From positions 192,001-256,000 of the forward strand of contig CAWFGE010000015.1 in the NCBI GenBank assembly GCA_963815195.1: a stretch of 64,000 bases of DNA, given 5' to 3'. This document shows, one piece after another, positions 33,778 to 44,020 of this stretch. Position 1 is the stretch's first letter; the number at the start of each line of letters is the position of its first letter. The translations under genes and the position numbers were made by a program. The notes under the pieces were generated by a model that searched no databases, was not told the DNA's origin, and saw nothing but the letters and a program-made list of their open reading frames with translations. The stretch comes from an uncultured Planctomycetaceae bacterium (GTDB lineage: Bacteria > Planctomycetota > Planctomycetia > Planctomycetales > Planctomycetaceae).

Positions 33778-34572
33778 CTACAGCTTCGACAAGAACTCTT
33801 CGAGGGCGGCGTTGACTTGTTCGGGTTGCTCCATCGGGGACATGTGGCCTGCATTGGAGATCTCCACGAACGTCGACCGCGGGATCGCTTCCGCCATTTG
33901 ACGCATTTCCTGGACGGTGGTGATTTGGTCCTGTTCGCCGACGATGACCAACGTAGGCACGGAAATCCTCGGCAAGAGTTCCGACATGTCGGGACGTTCC
34001 GCCATGCCCCGAAGCGCCGCCGCGATGCCTTCCGGGTCGGCCGCGAGCATCATCTCTTTGCAGCGGTCCACGATCGCGGTTTGATTTTGCAATGTGGACG
34101 CGGCGAAGAGTTTCTCCGGCATCGCCTGCGCCACCACGCCGACGCCGTGCTTCAAAACGCTCGCGGCGAGCTTGTGCCGATTCTCCACGGCTTCCGGCGA
34201 ATCGGGGGACGCTTTTGTGTCGCAGAGAATCAATGCCTTCAGCCGATCGGGATGTTTCCGCACGAACGGCCAGGCGATGTAGCCGCCCATCGACAGCCCG
34301 CATAAGATCACCGGTTCCGTTATTCCCAATTGATCGAGAATCCCCGCGAGGTCGTCGGCGAACTGTTCCATGCTCACGGTGCCCGGCGTCATGGAGGATT
34401 CCCCAAACCCGCGCAAGTCGGGGGCCAAAATTCGATGGCTGTCCTCGAAAGCCCGAATTTGAGCGTCCCACATCGCAGAGGTCAGCGGGAACCCGTGCAC
34501 GAACAAAATCGCCGGCCCCTGTCCCCGGTCCAGCACCTCTAAATCGGCCCCATTGATGGATAATGTTGGCAT
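33778..34572 (-). CDS. Alpha/beta-fold hydrolase (PcaD-like)
   Basis: FVHGFP, DLRGFG, GLSMGG nucleophile elbow, GEQD, AGH. Confidence 0.9.
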   Translation of the reverse strand: MPTLSINGADLEVLDRGQGPAILFVHGFPLTSAMWDAQIRAFEDSHRILAPDLRGFGESSMTPGTVSMEQFADDLAGILDQLGITEPVILCGLSMGGYIAWPFVRKHPDRLKALILCDTKASPDSPEAVENRHKLAASVLKHGVGVVAQAMPEKLFAASTLQNQTAIVDRCKEMMLAADPEGIAAALRGMAERPDMSELLPRISVPTLVIVGEQDQITTVQEMRQMAEAIPRSTFVEISNAGHMSPMEQPEQVNAALEEFLSKL

Positions 34573-34677
34573 TGGTTCTGAAACTCCTCGTTGGTTTGGG
34601 TTGGTACGTTCGCTATCATAATCAACTCCAAAACTCAGCGTCATCCCCAGAAATCTCAACGGACAAAGGACACATCA

Positions 34678-35985
34678 ATGGATACGTTGCTCGACCGGTT
34701 TTTGCGGTATGTGAAGATCGATACCCAATCGGATGAAACCAGCGGCACATCGCCGAGCACGCCGAAGCAGTTGGACCTGTGCCGATTGCTGGCGGACGAG
34801 TGCCGGGCTCTGGGGCTGTCGGATGTTTCGATGAATGAGTTTGGCGTGGTGACCGCGACGGTGCCGGGAACGGTTTCGCATTCCGCCCCGGCGATTTGCT
34901 GGTTCGCCCACGTGGACACCTCCCCGGAGTTCAGCGGCAAAGATGTGAAACCCGTCGTCCACGAAAACTACAGCGGCGGCGACATTGTGTTGCCGGGAGA
35001 CCCATCCCGCGTGGTTCGCGTGGCGGAAAATCCCGCTTTGAAGGACTTAAAGGGCGGCACGGTCATCACCACCGACGGCACCACGCTGTTGGGAGCCGAC
35101 GACAAAGCCGGCGTCGCGGTGATCATGTCGGCCGCGGCGCACCTGATGAAAAACTCGGACATCGCCCACGGCCCGGTGCGGTTGTGTTTTACGTGCGATG
35201 AGGAAATCGGCCGCGGCACCGAGCATCTCAATATCGCGGACCTCGATTGCATCTGCGGCTACACGCTCGACGGCGACGGCCGAGGCAAGGTGGACAGCGA
35301 AACCTTCTCCGCCGACCAGGCCGTGGTCAGGGTGAAGGGCATCAACACGCATCCTTCGGTGGGAAAGGATGCGATGGTCAATGCGGTCCGCATTCTTTCG
35401 GATTTCCTCGCGAAACTTCCCACGGAAACCCTCAGCCCCGAAACCACCCAAGGGCGGGAAGGCTTTATTCATCCCTATCACATCGAAGGCGGCGTCGCGG
35501 AATCCTCGGCCCGGTTGATCCTCAGGGATTTCGACACCGCGAAACTCAAGGACCAGGCGGCCCTCTTGGAAACCATCGCCGACGAACTGCGGGCGAAGCA
35601 CCCGAAGGCGGAAATTCAAATCCAGATCAAGAAGCAATACCGCAACATGGGCGACGGCCTCAAAAAAGAACCTCGCGCCCTCGCGAAAGCCTTGGAAGCG
35701 ATCGAAGCCGCGGGCATGACGCCCGAGCAAAGCATCATCCGCGGCGGCACGGACGGTTCGCTGCTTACCGAACTCGGGCTGCCCACGCCCAATCTTTCCA
35801 CCGGCGAGCACAACCCGCATTCGCCCTTGGAATGGACCAGTGTTGAAGAAATGCAAGCCGCGGCTGATGTGCTGGCGCAGCTGGCGATTCTGTGGGGGCG
35901 GGAAGACAGATATGGAGACGGGAGATTGGGAGAAGGGGAGGGGGTGTTCGGCGGAGGCGCTAGATCGATCCGTGACGATCAATAA
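34678..35985 (+). CDS. pepT: Peptidase T (M20B); last ~25 aa may be read-through into a G-rich repeat
   Basis: FLRYVKIDTQS, AHVDTS, LLGADDKAG, DEEIGRG, IRGGTDG, HSPLEW. Confidence 0.93.
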   Translation: MDTLLDRFLRYVKIDTQSDETSGTSPSTPKQLDLCRLLADECRALGLSDVSMNEFGVVTATVPGTVSHSAPAICWFAHVDTSPEFSGKDVKPVVHENYSGGDIVLPGDPSRVVRVAENPALKDLKGGTVITTDGTTLLGADDKAGVAVIMSAAAHLMKNSDIAHGPVRLCFTCDEEIGRGTEHLNIADLDCICGYTLDGDGRGKVDSETFSADQAVVRVKGINTHPSVGKDAMVNAVRILSDFLAKLPTETLSPETTQGREGFIHPYHIEGGVAESSARLILRDFDTAKLKDQAALLETIADELRAKHPKAEIQIQIKKQYRNMGDGLKKEPRALAKALEAIEAAGMTPEQSIIRGGTDGSLLTELGLPTPNLSTGEHNPHSPLEWTSVEEMQAAADVLAQLAILWGREDRYGDGRLGEGEGVFGGGARSIRDDQ

Positions 35986-36202
35986 CGAACGTCAGCGGGA
36001 CAAAGAAGTATTTGTGGTCGTCTCGATTGAACCACTGAAAGACACATGGCTCTTCGTCATCGATAGAACCATGACAGGTACGCAGAACGGAGCCATCCTC
36101 TTGTTGAGTTGACCCGAACTTGGAATCGCCGCAGTTGGGGCAAACAAAGCATCCGGCAAAGTACGCGTCATCCGAAATTTCGAGGGCACCAACCTGTCGC
36201 AT
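35960..36202 (-). CDS. Small hypothetical Cys-rich (CPNC) protein in an AT-richer patch
   Basis: 80-aa ORF MRQVGALEISDDAYFAGCFVCPNCGDSKFGS...RTCHG...EPC. Confidence 0.45.
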   Translation of the reverse strand: MRQVGALEISDDAYFAGCFVCPNCGDSKFGSTQQEDGSVLRTCHGSIDDEEPCVFQWFNRDDHKYFFVPLTFVIDRHGSI

Positions 36203-36323
36203 ACCAAAACCATTTAACTCGTGTGTTTCTCGGAACCGTCCATTGCCAATCGATCCAGAGTTCGTGTGATTGTGGGGCAAGCGTCCCGGCTGCAGCAGGA
36301 ACCGCAGTGTACCAAACGAATTG

Positions 36324-36520
36324 AGGGCCAAAGGCCCGGCTCTATGTGAGCCCAGGGCGCGGCCCTGGGAAACGCGAACGAACAAAGTACAAAAGCCCCA
36401 ACGGGGCGGTCCTAAGCGAGATAGCGCCGCCCCGTTGGGGCTTGCGTTTGATTCATCATCAATAACCCAGGGCGGCGCTGCGCTGGCCCTGGGCTGACAT
36501 AGGGCCGGACCTTCGGTCCT
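36324..36520. repeat. ~200-bp nested inverted-repeat (REP-like) element
   Basis: Imperfect outer IR 36324-36358/36486-36520; inner perfect IR aagccccaacggggcgg/ccgccccgttggggctt; two cccaggg..ccctggg hairpins. Confidence 0.75.
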
Positions 36521-36589
36521 TGTTCCGTGTTTTGCAACGTCTGATTGGACGTTGTTGTCTTCCTCCGTGTCTCGGTGGTACAACCGTTT

Positions 36590-37528
36590 CTAGGCCAGGT
36601 TCAGCTGTTGCCGGTAATAGGCGACGGTGTGTTTGAGGCCGGTTTCCAGGTTGACTTGGGGGGACCAGCCCAGCACGGTTTTGGCGAGCGTGATGTCGGG
36701 GCAGCGTTGTTTGGGGTCATCTTTGGGCAGCGGCAGATAGGCCAACTCGGAGCGGGAGTCCGTGGCCTTCAGGACTTCGCTCGCGAGTTCCAACATTGTG
36801 TTTTCGACGGGGTTGCCGATGTTGATTGGGCCCGTGTGCTCGTCCTGGTCCATCAATCGCATCATGCCTTCGATCAGGTCGGACACAAAACAGAACGACC
36901 GCGTTTGCTGGCCGTTGCCGTAGATCGACAGCGGCTCGCCCCGGAGGGCCTGGGTGATGAAGTTGGAGATCACCCGGCCGTCGTTGGGGTCCATGCGGGG
37001 GCCGTAGGTGTTGAAGATGCGAATGAGGCGGACTTCCAGGCCGTGGGCTTCGTGGTAGTTCATGCACAAGGACTCGGCCACGCGCTTGCCCTCGTCGTAG
37101 CAACTGCGGGGGCCGATGGGATTCACGTAGCCCCAGTAGTCTTCTTTCTGCGGATGCACGACCGGGTCGCCGTACACTTCGGAAGTGGAAGCGTGCAGGA
37201 CCCTGGCCCGGCAGCGTTTGGCGAGGCCCAAGACGTTCACCATCCCCACGGTCGAGGTTTTGATGGTCTTGATCGGATTGTACTGATAAGCCACCGGCGA
37301 TGCGGGGCAGGCGAGGTTGTAAAGCTGGTCGCATTCCACATACAGGGGATGCACCACATCATGGCGGATGAACTCGAAGTTCGGATGATTCCGCAGATGG
37401 GCGATATTCTCCTTTCGCCCCGTGAACAGGTTGTCCACGCAGATCACCTCGTCCCCGCGCTCGATAAGGCGGTCGCACAGATGGCTGCCCAAAAATCCCG
37501 CCCCGCCGGTGACCACAACCGCTGCCAT
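36590..37528 (-). CDS. UDP-glucuronate decarboxylase family (SDR) protein
   Basis: [45 protein letters not shown]. Confidence 0.93.
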   Translation of the reverse strand: MAAVVVTGGAGFLGSHLCDRLIERGDEVICVDNLFTGRKENIAHLRNHPNFEFIRHDVVHPLYVECDQLYNLACPASPVAYQYNPIKTIKTSTVGMVNVLGLAKRCRARVLHASTSEVYGDPVVHPQKEDYWGYVNPIGPRSCYDEGKRVAESLCMNYHEAHGLEVRLIRIFNTYGPRMDPNDGRVISNFITQALRGEPLSIYGNGQQTRSFCFVSDLIEGMMRLMDQDEHTGPINIGNPVENTMLELASEVLKATDSRSELAYLPLPKDDPKQRCPDITLAKTVLGWSPQVNLETGLKHTVAYYRQQLNLA

Positions 37529-37712
37529 GAGAAATCGCTCTCCCTAAAAATCCCCAAGGGAATGGGGCCGACCCGCTGTTTCTCGCTCCGTGCCGATGCA
37601 ACTCGCCGCCAATCGTAGCGGTTGGTCGCGGCCTGTCAATCCCGCCCGGCCCAGGCGATTTGCCGCATTTGCCGCCGGCAAATTGGGCGATGCACCATCC
37701 GGATTGGTTCAT

Positions 37713-37762
37713 CACAGAATCCTGGTTCACAAAATCATGATCTTATGAACCAGGATTCTGTG
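37713..37762. promoter_or_regulatory. 50-bp near-perfect palindrome in a divergent intergenic region
   Basis: cacagaatcctggttca caaa atcatgat ctta tgaaccaggattctgtg; function unknown. Confidence 0.5.
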
Positions 37763-37863
37763 GATTGTGCGTCTCCCGCATGATTGGCGAACGTGGCCGG
37801 GCCTCTTTATGATAATAGCCGTTATCGCTTTATCCGTTGACCCTGTTTCGATTTTGGGATGAC

Positions 37864-39114
37864 ATGCCGCCAGCGCTCTTGAGTGATGAAGACATTCGGA
37901 AGTGGATCGCGTCCCACGTTCCCCAGGAGGATTTTGCCGGGAAACGGGTGCTCGTGATCATTCCCGACCAGACCCGCACGGCTCCGCTCGCTGTGCTGTT
38001 CGAGGCCCTGGCCCGCCAACTCCTTCCGGTGGTGAAAACGCTGGACGTGCTGATCGCGCTGGGCACGCATCCGCCGCTTTCGGAAGAGCAGATCAACACG
38101 CTCTTGGGGCTGACGGCCGCTCAGCGTCAAGGCGAACTCTCCCACGTCGGGATTTACAACCACGCCTGGGACGATCCCGACGAACTCACCACGCTTGGCG
38201 TATTGACCGAAGCCGAGACCGCCGAGATTTCCGACGGTTTGTTGTCCCGCGAGGTGCCGGTGGAGATCAATCGGCGGGTGCGGGACTCCGATGTGCTGTT
38301 GGTGATGGGGCCCGTGTTTCCGCATGAGGTCGTGGGGTTCTCCGGCGGGAACAAATACTTCTTCCCCGGCATCGCGGGGCCGGAACTTTTGAACTTCTTC
38401 CATTGGCTGGGGGCGCTGATTACCAACGTGGGCATCATCGGCGTGAAGGACACCCCGGTCCGGCGGGTGGTGAACCGGGCGGCGGCGCTCGTTCCCTGCG
38501 AGCGGCGGTGCATCGCCTTCGTGGTCGCACCCGATGCCCGCTTGCATGGCCTGTTCTACGGCACGCCGGAGTCCGCCTGGAACGAAGCGGCCGACCTGTC
38601 GGCGGAGGTCCACATCCGCCGGGTGCCGCGGCCGTTTCAGACCGTCCTTTCGTGCGCCCCGCCGATGTATGACGAACTCTGGGTCGCGGGCAAGTGCATG
38701 TATAAGCTCGAACCGGTCGTGGCCGACGGCGGCGAACTCATTATTTATGCCCCGCACCTCAAAGAGATCTCCCGGACCCACGGCAAGCTGATCGAGGAAG
38801 TCGGCTATCACGTCCGCGACTATTTCGTCAAACAGTGGGATAAGTTCCAGCACTACCCCTGGGGCGTGCTGGCCCATTCCACGCACGTCCGCGGGCAGGG
38901 GACGTTCGAAAACGGCCTCGAAAAGCCCCGGGTCCAGGTCACCCTGGCCTCGCAGATTCCGCCCGAAGTCTGCCGGCGGATCAACCTCGGCTATCGCGAC
39001 CCCGGCACCATTGATGTGGAATCCTTCGCCAACCGCGAAGACGAAGGCGTCCTCCTCGTCCGCAAAGCCGGCGAGCAATTGTACCGACTTGAGGATGAGC
39101 GGCGACCGAGCTGA
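37864..39114 (+). CDS. Lactate racemase (LarA/DUF2088) domain protein
   Basis: IIPDQTRT, IALGTH, NHAW, PHEVVGFSGGNKYFFPG. Confidence 0.88.
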   Translation: MPPALLSDEDIRKWIASHVPQEDFAGKRVLVIIPDQTRTAPLAVLFEALARQLLPVVKTLDVLIALGTHPPLSEEQINTLLGLTAAQRQGELSHVGIYNHAWDDPDELTTLGVLTEAETAEISDGLLSREVPVEINRRVRDSDVLLVMGPVFPHEVVGFSGGNKYFFPGIAGPELLNFFHWLGALITNVGIIGVKDTPVRRVVNRAAALVPCERRCIAFVVAPDARLHGLFYGTPESAWNEAADLSAEVHIRRVPRPFQTVLSCAPPMYDELWVAGKCMYKLEPVVADGGELIIYAPHLKEISRTHGKLIEEVGYHVRDYFVKQWDKFQHYPWGVLAHSTHVRGQGTFENGLEKPRVQVTLASQIPPEVCRRINLGYRDPGTIDVESFANREDEGVLLVRKAGEQLYRLEDERRPS

Positions 39115-39126
39115 TGCCGCGTTTCC

Positions 39127-39462
39127 TCACCCGCCCGCGGGCGGCATGAGTTCCACGCGTTGGATTTTCCCCGCCCCGATGCTGATGTCGATCGTCGGCC
39201 CGGTGCGCGGCCTCTGGTTCGGCGTGGCGAGGATTGTTTCGATCTCGCCTTTTTCGTTGCGGCTGACGCGGCAGTCGTAGCCGTGGGTCAACAAATACCC
39301 GAGTGCCGCGTCCGCGGTTCGGCCGGGTGCGAGTTCGTTTTGCCAGTCGGCGTTTGTTGGGCCGGACGTTCGCGGCGGTGCTGTCTTTAGCGCCGGGTTC
39401 TGGCATCCGCCGAGCCAGAAAACGGAGACGGTCGCCAAGAACCCGAGGACGAAGCGAAGCAT
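39127..39462 (-). CDS. Hypothetical lipoprotein
   Basis: MLRFVLGFLATVSVFWLGGC lipobox. Confidence 0.6.
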   Translation of the reverse strand: MLRFVLGFLATVSVFWLGGCQNPALKTAPPRTSGPTNADWQNELAPGRTADAALGYLLTHGYDCRVSRNEKGEIETILATPNQRPRTGPTIDISIGAGKIQRVELMPPAGG

Positions 39463-39607
39463 GGTCTCAAACAGAATGCGCGGCCTGTTGATTGGGGGGG
39501 GCAAATCGAGCAAGGCGAAAACGTTACCCGGTTCGGGCCTTGGCATCAAGACGAGACGCAGCGTGTCGGCGAAGGCGGGAAGGCTGGGGCGTTTGCACAA
39601 ACTCGCC

Positions 39608-39656
39608 CACGAAAAAAACGGCAGCGGAAGCATTTCTGCCGCTGCCGTTTTTCGTG
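39608..39656 (-). terminator. Rho-independent terminator
   Basis: Stem cggcagcgg/ccgctgccg flanked by A7/T5, 11 nt downstream of the stop at 39668. Confidence 0.75.
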
Positions 39657-39667
39657 ATTGTTTGAGT

Positions 39668-40594
39668 TTACGGGACCTGGCCGGTGCGGGGCGCGGGTTC
39701 CAACTGGCCGTCGGAGGGTTTGGGGACTTCGGGATTCTTGGCCCGTTCTTTGGCGCGGGCTACCGAAATGCTCACCAAGTTTTGGGCCCCCACGAGTTCC
39801 GCCCGGCTGAAGTAGGGGAGTCGCCCGCCGCCGGCCAAGAGGTCGACGTGTTTGGCGGCGAGTTCTTGCCAGCTCATTTTGTTCGCCAGGTGCCAGGCCG
39901 CGGCCTGGGCGGCTTGTTTGTTGACTTTGCCGGTGGCGACGATGCGAATCAACTCTTGCACAGCGGGGTCTTCGACGCAGTCTTCCACCGGGAAGAAGCG
40001 GTAGGTGTGCCGCGGATGGGGTTCGACTTTTCCGTGTTCCAAGCACACGGAGGTATAGGGCACCTTGACGATTTTTTCAGGCGGGATGGAAAAGAAGCCG
40101 CCGCCGCCCATGCCTCCCATGCCTCCCATGCCGCCGCCCATGCCTCCCATCATGCCGCCGCCCATGCCTCCCATCATGCCGCCGCCCATCATTTGGCCCC
40201 CGCCGCCCATGCCGCCACCCATGCCGCCCATGCCTCCGCCCATGCCGCCACAGCCGCCGCCGAACCCGCCCGCGCCGCCGCCGCCGGCGCCGAACTGTTG
40301 CAGGACCTGGACGCCAACCACGGCATCGGGCAATTTGACGGTCAACGGTTTTTTGGTGAGATTCTCGATGAGAACGCTGCCGCCCATCGCATTTTTGGGA
40401 ATAATTTGGACGGAGAATTTTTTGTCCTTAACGCCGTCGAAGAAATCCACTTTCTCGGCGTCCGGATCGAACTGCAGCTTGGTGATCGGACGTTTGCGCC
40501 CCGCCTGGGCTTCGGTTGTCAGTGTTTCGGCGACAAGCGCCAGGCAACACACGGCGAGCAACACGCCCGACAGTTGGAAACGAGGCATCAACAT
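39668..40594 (-). CDS. Secreted hypothetical protein with internal Gly/Met-rich tract
   Basis: Signal peptide; (GGM)n tract followed by GGGFFSIPPEK; CLEHGK motif. Confidence 0.8.
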   Translation of the reverse strand: MLMPRFQLSGVLLAVCCLALVAETLTTEAQAGRKRPITKLQFDPDAEKVDFFDGVKDKKFSVQIIPKNAMGGSVLIENLTKKPLTVKLPDAVVGVQVLQQFGAGGGGAGGFGGGCGGMGGGMGGMGGGMGGGGQMMGGGMMGGMGGGMMGGMGGGMGGMGGMGGGGFFSIPPEKIVKVPYTSVCLEHGKVEPHPRHTYRFFPVEDCVEDPAVQELIRIVATGKVNKQAAQAAAWHLANKMSWQELAAKHVDLLAGGGRLPYFSRAELVGAQNLVSISVARAKERAKNPEVPKPSDGQLEPAPRTGQVP

Positions 40595-40803
40595 GGCTTT
40601 CCTTTCTGGAAGTGGATCTGACGGAACAGACCCGCAGCCCGAGTGGCAAAACTTCGTCAGTTTATCTTATCGTAGAAAAAACCGCCGTTGCAACAAAAAC
40701 TTCGCCTATCTTGCGGGTTTTCTCTGATCGACTTGCCTTTCGCTGCGGATTATTTTCCATCGGAAGGGTTTTGGCAGAGGCCAAAAGGAGTTCTGGAGCG
40801 TCT

Positions 40804-41850
40804 ATGATCGAATTGTCGGCGGATACCGTGGTGGATTATCTCTATCGAACCGGGCGATTGTCCGCACCCTCCGCCCGCGCGGAGTTGCTCGCCTGGGGCG
40901 TCTCCAACATGGTGTTTCGCATCCGTCCCGCATCGGGAGCGGACTTCGTCGTCAAGCAATCGCGGAAGCAACTTCGCACGAAGGCCCCCTGGTTCAGCCG
41001 GCTCGAACGCATCCACACAGAAATGGATTTGATGCGGCACCTGGGGGAGATCGTTCCCCCCGGATCCATTCCGCGCGTGCTGTTTGAGGACCGGCCGAAT
41101 TACTTGTTCGGGATGGAAGCCGTCGCCGCCGACCATCGCGTGTGGAAAGCCGACCTCTTGGCCGGGCAGACGGACGAAGCCGTCGCCCGGAAAGCCGGCG
41201 AACTTTTGGCGGCGATCCACCGCGAAACCGCCGGGAAAACGGAACTCAACGAACGCTTCGGCGACCGCGCGGTGTTCGACGAACTGCGAATCGATCCGTT
41301 TTACCGCCACGTCCTCCGCAAACACCCCCAACTCGCCCCGGTCCTGGGGCGGGTGATCGGCGAGGTGCTTTCTCTGGACATTTGTGTGGTACATGCGGAT
41401 TTCAGTCCGAAAAACTTGCTGCTGTCAGACGCCGGGTTGACGTTGGTCGATTTTGAGACAGGACACTTCGGCGACCCGGCGTTCGATTTGGGTTTCTTTC
41501 TGAGCCATCTGGTGCTCAAGACCATCAAACAGGCCGACCGGCGGGCGTCGTACCTGGCGTTGATCGAGGCGTTTTGGGAGTCCTATGGCGAACACCTGGG
41601 TCCGCTCGTCTTGGAACCGGGGAGCCCGCTTTTCCGCAACTCCCTGGAACAGAGGACCTTAGGAAATCTGGCCGGCTGCCTGATCGCCCGGATCGACGGC
41701 AAGAGTGTGATCGATTACTTCGACCAGCCCTGGCAGAGCGAAACGGCTCGTTCTTTGGCCTTCACCTATTTAATGCGGCCGGTCACCCGGATTGCGCAGG
41801 CCATCGAGGAAATCGAAAAAATCCTCGCCGATCGATCGCACCGTGCCTAA
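40804..41850 (+). CDS. Phosphotransferase (APH / methylthioribose-kinase-like)
   Basis: GVSN, VVKQ, LRIDPFY, HADFSPKN, DFE, GDPAFDLG. Confidence 0.85.
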   Translation: MIELSADTVVDYLYRTGRLSAPSARAELLAWGVSNMVFRIRPASGADFVVKQSRKQLRTKAPWFSRLERIHTEMDLMRHLGEIVPPGSIPRVLFEDRPNYLFGMEAVAADHRVWKADLLAGQTDEAVARKAGELLAAIHRETAGKTELNERFGDRAVFDELRIDPFYRHVLRKHPQLAPVLGRVIGEVLSLDICVVHADFSPKNLLLSDAGLTLVDFETGHFGDPAFDLGFFLSHLVLKTIKQADRRASYLALIEAFWESYGEHLGPLVLEPGSPLFRNSLEQRTLGNLAGCLIARIDGKSVIDYFDQPWQSETARSLAFTYLMRPVTRIAQAIEEIEKILADRSHRA

Positions 41851-41867
41851 TGTTGCACAGTCCCATG

Positions 41868-41943
41868 CCGAAATTCGAAATCCGAATCTCGGGTTTTGGA
41901 TTTGTTTCGGATTTCGGATTTCGGATTTCGTGTTTCGGATTTC
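41868..41943. repeat. Heptamer (ATTTCGG)n repeat element
   Basis: ggatttgtttcggatttcggatttcggatttcgtgtttcggatttc; inverted copy at 49112-49180. Confidence 0.75.
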
Positions 41944-41969
41944 TACCAGAAAATGTGCGCCGAGCGGGT

Positions 41970-42161
41970 TTACATGGTGGGAATCTGGTTGCGGTTGATG
42001 CGGCCCTGGCGTCCGCAGCGGTGGCAAATGAAGTAGGCTCCGTCCATGTCCAGCCGGACTTCGAGCGGGCCTTCAATTCGCAGCATCTCGCCCCGCCGGA
42101 CGGCCCGGCACGCCTTGCACGGCAGCCAGCGCAAAATCCACCTGAAAAAACGAAACCGCAT
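41970..42161 (-). CDS. Small Zn-ribbon protein
   Basis: 63 aa; CKAC...CHRC; GGAGG RBS upstream. Confidence 0.6.
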   Translation of the reverse strand: MRFRFFRWILRWLPCKACRAVRRGEMLRIEGPLEVRLDMDGAYFICHRCGRQGRINRNQIPTM

Positions 42162-42248
42162 CGGGGCCTCCTGCTGTGCCGGGAGATTTTCACGAGGTTT
42201 TCCCAAGCATAGCAGGCTTCGCGGGAAATCCCACGCGTGGGAAACTCG

Positions 42249-43805
42249 TCAGCGCGAGCCGCCGCCCAAGGTTTGGTTGAGAAACTCCAGATCGCCTTCC
42301 AGTTTGTCGAGCATTTCCGTCTGGGCGCCGGCGTCGTCTTCGCCGGTGTTTCCCAGGATGGTCTTGGTGAGCGTTTTGACATCGTACCGCCCCTTCGCGC
42401 CCCGGCGGTTTTCGTAGCGATCGAGCGCCCGGTCCACCGCGGCATTGGCTTCCGACCGGCTGAACCCGCGCGGGCGGGTGGGAGCAGCGGTCCAACCCGT
42501 CCGCCGTTGTTTGGCGCGGAGCTTCGCCTCGGCGGCGCGCTGCATCGCGAGTTCGGCTTCGCGGCGGGCCATCTCGGCATTCTGCCTGTCGGCCTCGGCC
42601 TTCATTTGCTTTTCCGCGAGATAGGAAAACGTCCCCGAAACCACGCCGCCCAGAAGCCCCGTCACCACCACCGCCGCGAACAAGGTCGCCGCGGTCGGAT
42701 TGCGATGGCACCAGCGATACAGCCTTTCGGCTTCGCTGATGGGCCGGCTGAGAATCGGCTCGCCTCTTAGGAACCGGTGCAATTCGTCGGCGAGTTCCTG
42801 GGCCGTCTGAAACCGCCGGGCCGGATCTTTTTCCAGGCACCTCAAGCAGATGGTTTCCAGATCTTTGGGAATGGTCTTATCGACGGTCCGCGGGCTGGGG
42901 GCGGGTTCGCTGACGATCTTCACCAGCAGCGACTGCAGATTCGCTTCCTGAAACGGCCGCAGGCCCGAGAGGAGTTCGTACAAAATCACGCCCAGCGAAT
43001 AGATGTCCGCCCGGCGGTCGGCGGCGTGGGACCGGCCTTGGGCTTGCTCCGGGGCCATGTACGCCGGCGTCCCCAGGATGCTGCCTTCCTTGTGGATTGT
43101 CTGCTCGTCCGATTCCCGTGTGGCCAAACCGAAGTCGGCGACATAAGGCTGCTGCTTCTTGTCGAGCAGGATGTTCGCGGGCTTCAAATCCCGGTGCACC
43201 ACGCCCTCTTGGTGGGCATGATCCACCGCCTCGGCGATTTTGATGAAGAGCTCGATCCCGTCCCGCTGCGAAAGCCGCTGGGCTTTGAGGCGGTCGTCGA
43301 GCGGCTGGCCTTCGATGAAGTCGCTGACGATATAAACCTGGTTCCCCAAGCGGGAGACTTCGTGGATGGAAACGATGTTCGGGTGCCGAAGCTGAGCCGC
43401 CGCCCGCGCCTCGCGGACGAACTGCTCGATCTCGGCCTCGCTGATCAAGCTGCCCCGCGGAATTTTGACGGCGACGGTGCGGTCGAGCTTCGTGTCGTAG
43501 GCCTTGTAAACGGCCCCGCAGGCCCCTTCGCCCAATTTTTTGTCCAACCGAAAATGTCCGACGTGCGGAGCCGCGGTGCATTCGACCGTCGGCGGATTTG
43601 CGGACCGATTGTTCGCCATCGGCCAGGTGTCATCCTGCGGCAGGACGGTGGCCTCGGCATCGGCGGTGGGGAGCATCGTGGCGACTTCGGTCTCCTCCAC
43701 GCCGCCGGGAATGGTGCCCCCGCAGGAATCGCAGGTGATGTCCCAGGTCGATTCCCCCGCGGAGAGGGATTTCGGTTCAGAGCAATGCGGACAGCAAACA
43801 TCCAT
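42249..43805 (-). CDS. Ser/Thr protein kinase with N-terminal Zn-ribbon and one TM
   Basis: LGEGACG, VAVK, HRDLKPAN, DFG, GTPAYMAPE; CPHC...CDSC. Confidence 0.93.
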   Translation of the reverse strand: MDVCCPHCSEPKSLSAGESTWDITCDSCGGTIPGGVEETEVATMLPTADAEATVLPQDDTWPMANNRSANPPTVECTAAPHVGHFRLDKKLGEGACGAVYKAYDTKLDRTVAVKIPRGSLISEAEIEQFVREARAAAQLRHPNIVSIHEVSRLGNQVYIVSDFIEGQPLDDRLKAQRLSQRDGIELFIKIAEAVDHAHQEGVVHRDLKPANILLDKKQQPYVADFGLATRESDEQTIHKEGSILGTPAYMAPEQAQGRSHAADRRADIYSLGVILYELLSGLRPFQEANLQSLLVKIVSEPAPSPRTVDKTIPKDLETICLRCLEKDPARRFQTAQELADELHRFLRGEPILSRPISEAERLYRWCHRNPTAATLFAAVVVTGLLGGVVSGTFSYLAEKQMKAEADRQNAEMARREAELAMQRAAEAKLRAKQRRTGWTAAPTRPRGFSRSEANAAVDRALDRYENRRGAKGRYDVKTLTKTILGNTGEDDAGAQTEMLDKLEGDLEFLNQTLGGGSR

Positions 43806-43830
43806 CGCAAACTCCCGGCTGGTCAATCTT

Positions 43831-43894
43831 TGTGGGCGGCACGGCGCTAGCCGCCGGCTTTGTGCGGAACCGGCGGCGAGCGCCGTAGCGCTCA
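43831..43894. repeat. REP-like palindrome, family A
   Basis: gggcggcacggcgctagccgccgg...accggcggcgagcgccgtagcgctca. Confidence 0.75.
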
Positions 43895-44020
43895 TGTGAC
43901 AGTCTCAGGGAAAACCTTGGTTTCCAAAGTTTCGCCGGGCCAGTCGAAGTCTTGTTCCCCGTCACTTTTTCGGAAACCGCCCTGCGAATGGTGTCGCTTT
44001 TAGCGATTATGACAGCGAAA

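Noticed and set aside
37864..39114. Functional nickel link between the LarA-domain gene and the hydrogenase
   Set aside because: They are 35 kb apart with no larBCE, hyp or Ni-transport genes nearby; the co-occurrence is uninformative.
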